NCBI GenBank assembly: GCA_963697355.1 | Contig: CAVONV010000002.1 | Location: 56,372 to 120,371, forward strand | Reading direction: 5' to 3' | DNA from: an uncultured Acidobacteriota bacterium | GTDB lineage: Bacteria > Acidobacteriota > Vicinamibacteria > Marinacidobacterales > DATDRI01 | DNA: 64,000 nucleotides | In this document: one piece after another, positions 57,832-64,000 of the stretch | Numbering within the stretch: position 1 is the first letter of the stretch | Layout: every line of letters begins with the position of its first letter | Translations under genes and position numbers: made by a program | The notes under the pieces: generated by a model | What the model was told of the DNA's origin: nothing | Database searches by the model: none | Seen by the model: the letters and a program-made list of their open reading frames with translations, nothing else

Positions 57832-58940
57832 TGAAGCAAGTGCGGATGGGATTGATTGTGCTATTGGTGACGACAGTCTTCGCCAACGGTGAGGTTTTGA
57901 CGTTGGACGCGGCCGCCCAAGCTCGGGCCGGCATCGTGACACGTCCAGTGAGAGAACGCGCTTTCGGTGAGTCTTTTCGGGTCTTGGGGCTGGTCGTTCG
58001 GACTCCAGGGTCGATGAGCACTGTCAAGACAATTCTCGAAGGGCGTGTGACGGAAATCAATGTTGCGCCTGGAGATTCCGTGCGAGAGGGGCAGGTCCTC
58101 CTGGAGCTCCACTCCCACGCTCTTCACGGAATGCAGGGAGAGATGATGCAGAGCTACAACCAACTCAAGTTGGCGGAGAGCCGTGTCGAAGCGGGACGGA
58201 TACTCCTCGAGCTCGAAGGCATCAGCAGTCTCGAGTTGCAGCAGCGTGAGCAGCAGGCGTTTGCAGCGCGTCTCGCCTTCGAGCTGGCAAAAAGCGAGCT
58301 CCTCGATTTGGGGATCGATGAGGAGGAGAGTCTAAGAATCCTGGAGGAAGGCAGTCCCGATTCCCATCTGCCGGTGCGAGCCCCCTCGGACGGAGTGGTT
58401 CTCGAGCTCTATGTGCAACAACACGAGTGGGTGCAGGCTTTCGACTCCCTCGTAGACCTCGGTAATCCCAATCAAATGGAGCTTCAGCTTCAAATTCCTC
58501 CCGATCAAGCCTCTGGGGTGACGATGGGAGACGCCGTGGAGTTCGTTCCGGTGGGTCGTCCCGAGACCGTTGGCCATGCTCGAGTCATCAGTCGTGTGCC
58601 TCAGGTGGACCCAACAACGCGCACCGTCACGATTCGCGCTCGGATCGAAGGACGGAAGGAAGAGCTCTTCCCCGGCATTTTTGTGGAAGGACAGCTCGTC
58701 CTCGGAGGCGTTCGTAACTCGCCTTCGGTACCCGAGTCTGCAGTCACTCGATTCGGTTCGACCGACTACGTCTTCGTTCGTACCGGACCGGAGACCTTCG
58801 AGGCGAGGCCGGTCCAGCTCGGTCGCTTCAACGGAACCCGTTATGAGATCTCGGAAGGCGTGAGCTTGGACGAAGAAGTCGTCGTCGAAGGCGTCTTTTT
58901 TCTGAAGTCGGTTCTCGTCAAAGGGACTTCGGAAGGTTAG
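57831..58940 (+). CDS. RND efflux periplasmic adaptor (membrane fusion protein, CzcB/CusB-like)
   Basis: TGATG overlap with the upstream gene. Biotinyl/lipoyl-like and beta-barrel MFP domains. Confidence 0.85.
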   Translation: MKQVRMGLIVLLVTTVFANGEVLTLDAAAQARAGIVTRPVRERAFGESFRVLGLVVRTPGSMSTVKTILEGRVTEINVAPGDSVREGQVLLELHSHALHGMQGEMMQSYNQLKLAESRVEAGRILLELEGISSLELQQREQQAFAARLAFELAKSELLDLGIDEEESLRILEEGSPDSHLPVRAPSDGVVLELYVQQHEWVQAFDSLVDLGNPNQMELQLQIPPDQASGVTMGDAVEFVPVGRPETVGHARVISRVPQVDPTTRTVTIRARIEGRKEELFPGIFVEGQLVLGGVRNSPSVPESAVTRFGSTDYVFVRTGPETFEARPVQLGRFNGTRYEISEGVSLDEEVVVEGVFFLKSVLVKGTSEG

Positions 58941-58948
58941 GGGGCGTC

Positions 58949-61900
58949 GTGAAGCGTCTTATCGATATCTCGTTGACCAACCGCCTCGTCGTCATTCTCC
59001 TTTCCGTCCTTCTCATCGGGGCGGGTATTCGAGCCTTGCTGCGACTTCCCATCGATGCATTTCCGGACGTCACCAATATCCAAGTCACCGTCATTTCGCA
59101 AGCGGCGACGTTCTCGCCTCTCGAAGTGGAACAGTTGGTGACCTACCCCATCGAGCAGGCCTGCGCGGGACTGCCTTATTCGACCGAGGTGCGTTCGCTT
59201 TCCAAGTTCGGCCTTTCCATGATCACCGTCGTGTTTGAAGACGGAACCGATATCTATTTCGCGCGCCAGCTCGTCATGGAACGTTTGTTCTCCATCCAGG
59301 ACGAGCTACCCGAAGGTGTGAGCTCTAATCTCGGTCCTATTTCGACCGGGTTGGGTGAGGTTTTTCAATACACGCTGGAAAGTCCGGAGCGGGATCTCAT
59401 GGAGCTTCGTAGCCTTCAGGATTGGGTGCTACGGCCCATACTGCGGACGACTCCGGGTGTTGCCGGCGTCGACTCCTTCGGCGGGTACGTTCGTCAGTAC
59501 CATGTGGTCGCGGATCCCAGCGCCTTGCGCCGGTTCGGGCTGACGGTCGAAGAGTTGGCCCAAGCCGTGGCCGCCAACAATGGTGTGGCGGGTGGGGGTT
59601 ATATCGAGCGGGGAGGCGAGCAATTCGTCGTTCGCGGAGATGGTTGGGTCAGAAGCATCGCCGATTTGCAGAGCACGGTCGTTGCCTACCGCGAACGAGT
59701 CCCCGTCTTGTTGGAGCAGGTTGCCAGCGTCGAGATCGGTCCCGAAATCCGCCAAGGAGCCATCTCCCAAAACGGTGAAGGTGAGGCGGTCGCGGGAATC
59801 GTGCTCATGTTGAGGGGGGCGTCTGGAAAAGACGTCGTCGACGGTGTCAAAGATCGACTAGCCACTGCCCGGCAAAGCCTGCCGCCGGATGTCGAGGTCA
59901 ATCCTTTCTATGACCGCACTGTTTTAGTCGAGACCGCATTGGGGACCGTTCAAAAAGCCCTATTTCAGGGAGCCGTTCTCGTCCTGCTGGTGCTCCTTTT
60001 TTTCATGGGTCACTTTCGGTCTTCGATGCTGGTGGCGCTCCAACTTCCCATGGCAGCCCTTGCCACATTCGTCGTTATGGACATCGTCGGCTTGTCGGCC
60101 AACCTTATGACGTTATCCGGTCTGGCGATTGCGATCGGGATGCTCGGTGATGGAGCGATTGTTCTCGTGGAAAACGGCGTGCGTCTTTTTGGTCAGGAGG
60201 GGCAGCGGACGGAGAACGAAGACCGGTCGAGTCTCGTGCGTCAGGCGGCTTTGGAGGTCATCCGGCCGATTGCCTTCGGTGTGGCCGTCATCATTGTCGT
60301 CTTCCTACCCATTGCCTCGCTTCAAGGCATGGAAGGTAAGATGTTCGCGCCGCTGGCCTACACGATCTCGATTGCACTCGGCTGCGCCCTTATCTTGACC
60401 GTGACGCTCATTCCCGCGTTGGCGTCCCTTTTCCTCAAGCCGGTCAAGGTATTCGGCTCCGGACGGCACCCGGCCGATATCGTGAGACAGATGTATCGCC
60501 CTCATCTGGCTTGGGCGCTCAATCATCCTCGCTTTGTGATGGTCGCCGCCTTCGCCCTCCTCATCGTTGCTCTGGCTGTCGTTCCTTTCTTGGGTACCGA
60601 GTTCCTCCCCTCCATGGATGAAGGCGACATCGTCGTCCAACCGTTCCAGATCCCCTCCGTATCCCTCTCTCAGTCACTGGATACCGTGGCTCGCATCGAA
60701 AAAGCGATTCTCGAGGTCCCGGAGGTGACGAGAGTCGTGAGCCGGACCGGTCGCTCGGATATCGCATCCGACCCCATGGGTGTCGGCGAGAGCGACATGT
60801 ACGTCATTTTGAGACCTCGTTCCGAGTGGCACACGGCCCGCAATAAAGAAGGACTCGTGGCAGCCTTGAGGGACAAGCTCGACACGGTACCTGGTGTGGA
60901 GTTCGGCTACACGCAGCCCATTCAGATGCGCGTCGATGAGCTGATATCGGGTGTGAAATCTCAGATTGCCGTGAAGATCTTCGGCGATGACCTCCAGGGG
61001 CTCGCCGGCCTGGGCGAACAAGTTGCCGGTGTCTTGCGACAGGTACGGGGGGCGGTCGACGTCAAAGTGGAAGCCGTGGAAGGTCTCGGCTATCTCCAGA
61101 TCACCATGCATCGGCGACGCATGGCGCGCCTCGGCGTCAGCGTAGCTCAACTTCGGAGCTTGATCGAGATCGCCATGGGAGGACAAGTGGTGACCACCGT
61201 GCCCGAGGGTGATCGACGCACCGACGTGATGGTCCGATTGCCGCAGGCTTTCACCCGCAACGTGGAGAACTTACGTTCGCTTCCTTTGTCGACGCCGTCC
61301 GGAGAGCAGGTGCTGCTCAGGGAGGTAACGGAAATCGATCTCGTTGAGGGTCCGGCGCAGATCTCTCGCGAGGAAGGCAAGCGCCGGGTAGTCGTCGAGC
61401 TCAACGTGGTGGGCAGGGACATCGGGGGGTTCGTTGAAGAGGCTCAGCAGCGTCTCGATGCGGAGATCCAATTACCCACAGGCTACTTCGTCACATGGGG
61501 TGGCCAGTTCGAGCAACAGCAACGCGCCATGGCCCGACTCCAGGTCATGGTGCCGCTGGCTTTGCTACTGATCTTCATACTTCTCTATATCAACTTCCGT
61601 GCCGTTCGGCCCGTTTTCATCATCTTGGTCAACATACCTCTCGCGCTCGTCGGAGGAGTATTGGGGCTCAAAATCTCGGGATTGTATTTGTCTGTTTCAG
61701 CGTCGGTCGGATTCATTGCGTTGTTTGGAATTGCCATACTGAACGGTCTGGTGATGGTCGAATTCTTCAATAACCTCGAACGGCAGGGCGTCTCGCGGCG
61801 GCAAGCCATTTTGACGGGGGCCGAGATGCGTTTGAGACCCGTCCTCATGACCGCTGCCACTACCGCGCTGGGCCTGGTTCCTCTTATCTGGGCGTCGGGT

Positions 61901-62047
61901 GTTGGCTCGGAAGTGCAGCGTCCTTTGGCCGTTGTCGTGGTCTCCGGTGTGGTGACATCGACGCTTCTGACTTTGATGGTACTTCCCGTCCTCTACGAGC
62001 GTTATGGTGGGACTGCAGTAGGACAGCCGAAGAATGGCAGCGTTTAG
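58949..62047 (+). CDS. Heavy-metal-efflux RND transporter (CzcA/CusA family)
   Basis: 1032 aa with 12 TM helices. LSGLAIAIGMLGDGAIVLVEN and other HME-RND signatures. GTG start. Confidence 0.9.
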   Translation: MKRLIDISLTNRLVVILLSVLLIGAGIRALLRLPIDAFPDVTNIQVTVISQAATFSPLEVEQLVTYPIEQACAGLPYSTEVRSLSKFGLSMITVVFEDGTDIYFARQLVMERLFSIQDELPEGVSSNLGPISTGLGEVFQYTLESPERDLMELRSLQDWVLRPILRTTPGVAGVDSFGGYVRQYHVVADPSALRRFGLTVEELAQAVAANNGVAGGGYIERGGEQFVVRGDGWVRSIADLQSTVVAYRERVPVLLEQVASVEIGPEIRQGAISQNGEGEAVAGIVLMLRGASGKDVVDGVKDRLATARQSLPPDVEVNPFYDRTVLVETALGTVQKALFQGAVLVLLVLLFFMGHFRSSMLVALQLPMAALATFVVMDIVGLSANLMTLSGLAIAIGMLGDGAIVLVENGVRLFGQEGQRTENEDRSSLVRQAALEVIRPIAFGVAVIIVVFLPIASLQGMEGKMFAPLAYTISIALGCALILTVTLIPALASLFLKPVKVFGSGRHPADIVRQMYRPHLAWALNHPRFVMVAAFALLIVALAVVPFLGTEFLPSMDEGDIVVQPFQIPSVSLSQSLDTVARIEKAILEVPEVTRVVSRTGRSDIASDPMGVGESDMYVILRPRSEWHTARNKEGLVAALRDKLDTVPGVEFGYTQPIQMRVDELISGVKSQIAVKIFGDDLQGLAGLGEQVAGVLRQVRGAVDVKVEAVEGLGYLQITMHRRRMARLGVSVAQLRSLIEIAMGGQVVTTVPEGDRRTDVMVRLPQAFTRNVENLRSLPLSTPSGEQVLLREVTEIDLVEGPAQISREEGKRRVVVELNVVGRDIGGFVEEAQQRLDAEIQLPTGYFVTWGGQFEQQQRAMARLQVMVPLALLLIFILLYINFRAVRPVFIILVNIPLALVGGVLGLKISGLYLSVSASVGFIALFGIAILNGLVMVEFFNNLERQGVSRRQAILTGAEMRLRPVLMTAATTALGLVPLIWASGVGSEVQRPLAVVVVSGVVTSTLLTLMVLPVLYERYGGTAVGQPKNGSV

Positions 62048-62099
62048 AGGAAAGAAGCCAGAGGCCGAGTGGCCAGTTACTCAGAGTCACACCTCTTGG

Positions 62100-62279
62100 A
62101 AAAAAGTCTCACGTGACTGGCAACTGTTCGCTCTTCCAACTAACTAGCCTATGGCAGGGGCAAGGAGCAAGGGATCGGGCAGGGGCACGGGGCATCCGCA
62201 CGAAATTAGTCTCCGATGCAGTGGACGTCCCGGCCGTGCGGATGCTGATAACTGCTCACTGGCTCCTGGCCTCTTCTCC
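62100..62279. repeat. Two-copy G-tract plus hairpin element (copy 2)
   Basis: ggcaggggcaaggagcaagggatcgggcaggggcacgggg, then the perfect hairpin gcatccgcacg / cgtgcggatgc at 62192-62202 and 62235-62245. Confidence 0.5.
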
Positions 62280-63218
62280 TTACTGCGTTGCTTTCCGCAT
62301 ACGCCGGGCCAGTTCCGCGTAGACATAGATAAGGGCAAGGCCTCGGTAGGGGCGCCAGCGCTCCGCGAACTCTCGCATGCTCTCCTCTCGGGCCGGCGCC
62401 TCGTATCCCAACATCTCCTTTGCAAAGTACTTCAGCACTCCTAGATCACCGGCAGGAAACACATCGAGGCGAGATAAACCTCGTAGGAGTGTAAACTCCG
62501 CCGTCCATCTTCCGACTCCCTTGAAAGAAGTCAAGAGCTCGATGAGCTCCTCGTCGGGCATGCTCACAAGCTTTGCTTCTGACAAATCACCAGCGAGAAA
62601 AGTCTTGGCAAGTCGGCTGAGCGTTTCAGACTTGCTCTGGCTCAAGCGAAAGGAGCGGAGCTCTTCTATGGTCATCTTTGCCACCCGGGCCGGCGAGGGG
62701 AAATTGTAATGGAGCTTACCGTCGAAACGAGCCCTCCGTCCTAGTACGGTCGCCAGAGCACAAAGGATGCTGTGGGCAAACTTCAAGTTGATTTGCTGTG
62801 AGATGACGATCTGGATCAGGGTTTCCCAGACTGTGGCTCGTCCAACCACGCGCAATCCCCGATATTTCTTGATAAGGGGACCGAGAAGCGGATCGTTGCC
62901 GAACTTACGATAGAACGGGCGCACATCCGAACGGATCCTAAAGACATTGTCTAGAACGCCCTGTACAACGTGCTTTGCCTCTGTCGTTTTAGCGCGTGCT
63001 CCCGAGATGGTGACCTCGAGAAGGGCTCGAGATGGTGCCCCGCGCTCGGTGACCTCGACCAGATGAGGGTGGTGACCTACGAACACGAGGCGCCGGTAGA
63101 GATCGTCCTCGAAGCAGTCCACGACTTCCGGAAACGCCGCTATGCGCGCTGCCGTAAGGGCCAGAGAATAGGGTCGTTCTGGTACTAACGCGTAACGAGC
63201 ACATTCTCTAGACATCAA
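62280..63218 (-). CDS. alkA: DNA-3-methyladenine glycosylase II (HhH-GPD)
   Basis: LTSFKGVGRWTAEFTLLRGLSRLDVFPAGDLGV. The HhH-GPD motif includes the catalytic Asp. Confidence 0.8.
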   Translation of the reverse strand: MMSRECARYALVPERPYSLALTAARIAAFPEVVDCFEDDLYRRLVFVGHHPHLVEVTERGAPSRALLEVTISGARAKTTEAKHVVQGVLDNVFRIRSDVRPFYRKFGNDPLLGPLIKKYRGLRVVGRATVWETLIQIVISQQINLKFAHSILCALATVLGRRARFDGKLHYNFPSPARVAKMTIEELRSFRLSQSKSETLSRLAKTFLAGDLSEAKLVSMPDEELIELLTSFKGVGRWTAEFTLLRGLSRLDVFPAGDLGVLKYFAKEMLGYEAPAREESMREFAERWRPYRGLALIYVYAELARRMRKATQ

Positions 63219-63259
63219 TGGGGCACTCTCTGTTCAGGGTGCCCAGTTTACTTCAAGGC

Positions 63260-63850
63260 TTACCTGCAAGCCTCGAACGCCGGGAGGTGGTTGTGAAGCG
63301 AGGCCGCTCGGTTGTTCGTGAAGACGTTCCGGACGTCGTTGGGGAGCTCCAGCTCCAAATACGTATCGTAGAGAGCAATATTGTCGATTTCCGCTTGGGC
63401 TGCTGCGGTACAGGCCTCTCGGATAGATTCGAAGCGAGGGACATTGCCGAGATTCCATTCGCTTGTCGGAACTTCGAGGCTTCGGTTCCGGTAGAGGCCC
63501 GCGATGGCGGAGGAGTGTCTTTGCTCGGCATTGACGATTCGGCTGAAGGGAAACACTTGCCCGAAATCCGCTAGGACTCGCCGGTAGATGTTCTCGGCGT
63601 GGTATTCGTCTTGGAGCGTTAGCGCCATGGCAGCCACAACTTCCGCGGTCGTACCTTGCGTGACAACACCCGTTCCGTTCGCGGTGTTGCTGCCGTTGGC
63701 GTTGAGATTGTTGGTTTGACCGTATTGGTAGCCCAGCATAGGGGGCTCAGGAGACGTGGGTGTAACGGAGTCATTACAACCCATGGATGCGATGGAGACA
63801 AAGGTGATGAATGTCAATGTGGCAACGGCACGGTTAGTGTTGTTGTTCAT
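63260..63850 (-). CDS. DUF2202 (ferritin-like) domain lipoprotein
   Basis: The lipobox segment reads IASMGCN. Conserved LQDEYHAENIYRRVLADFGQVFPFSRI...EQRH...NHLPAFE pattern. Confidence 0.6.
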   Translation of the reverse strand: MNNNTNRAVATLTFITFVSIASMGCNDSVTPTSPEPPMLGYQYGQTNNLNANGSNTANGTGVVTQGTTAEVVAAMALTLQDEYHAENIYRRVLADFGQVFPFSRIVNAEQRHSSAIAGLYRNRSLEVPTSEWNLGNVPRFESIREACTAAAQAEIDNIALYDTYLELELPNDVRNVFTNNRAASLHNHLPAFEACR

Positions 63851-64000
63851 CTTCTTCTCCTGATGGTTGATGCTGTCCTCTGGTTGCGGCGGCGGATCAC
63901 TTGGAGCCGCTCATCGACCCTCGGATCAACGAAACGAGCTCCCCGGGTCTCATTTCTAACGACTGAGCGAGTTGGCGCAGGGAAGAGGTTCGAGTGGCCT

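Noticed and set aside
1-64000. tRNA, rRNA or tmRNA genes
   Set aside because: Scanning for GGTTCGAATCC-like T-arm motifs and cloverleaf-compatible segments in intergenic regions found nothing convincing. This was not run through tRNAscan.

Overview
This is a high-GC (~60%) bacterial chromosomal segment, densely coding and probably from an Acidobacteriota-type genome. Support for that is a TIGR03436-like acidobacterial VWA protein, DUF4388 proteins, and many secreted peptidases and glycan-acting proteins. I found no rRNA, tRNA, CRISPR array, transposase or integrase. About 50 credible CDS are called. Left to right they are: an edge-truncated BNR/sortilin-like protein; a divergent pair of large polytopic membrane proteins, at least one of them GT-C/PMT-like; fabZ; a class I methyltransferase; a MATE transporter; an M20 peptidase; a translationally coupled pair of zinc-ribbon proteins; VWA and OmpA proteins; an ECF sigma and anti-sigma pair; an IPT/TIG beta-propeller protein; a c-di-GMP-flavoured regulatory cluster (two DUF4388 proteins, one with tandem MshEN motifs, a PilZ protein, a STAS antagonist and an HNH endonuclease); a TIGR00725/LOG-like protein; a lipid locus (a tridomain ACP, fatty acyl-AMP ligase and lysophospholipid acyltransferase fusion, an alpha/beta hydrolase, a UbiA-like prenyltransferase); a galK plus sodium:solute symporter operon; a secreted degradative island (DUF5107-TPR, CBM9-like, S45 penicillin/AHL acylase, a large TIM-barrel-like glycoside hydrolase candidate, a DUF3365 CxxCH protein, an S8 subtilase, and two tandem paralogous Cys-module proteins); Wzm/Wzt glycan ABC exporter genes with an HldE-domain-II-like nucleotidyltransferase; mfd; two SurA-like PPIases; an S4 protein; dusB; an M14 peptidase; DUF2784; a CzcCBA-type HME-RND efflux operon; alkA; and a DUF2202 lipoprotein. 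The least expected signal is a mosaic family of intergenic repeats present at eight or more sites. It includes a tandem GAGTTCTT octamer, palindromic CTTCGGCGAG..CTCGCCGAAG hairpins, CTGG-ending degenerate tandem units, and a two-copy element pairing G-quadruplex-capable G-tracts with a conserved 10-11 bp hairpin. Two large blocks of these repeats lie in inverted orientation around a 5-kb segment (50.45-56.33 kb). All functional calls are inferred from translated-sequence motifs only. Nothing was searched against a database.
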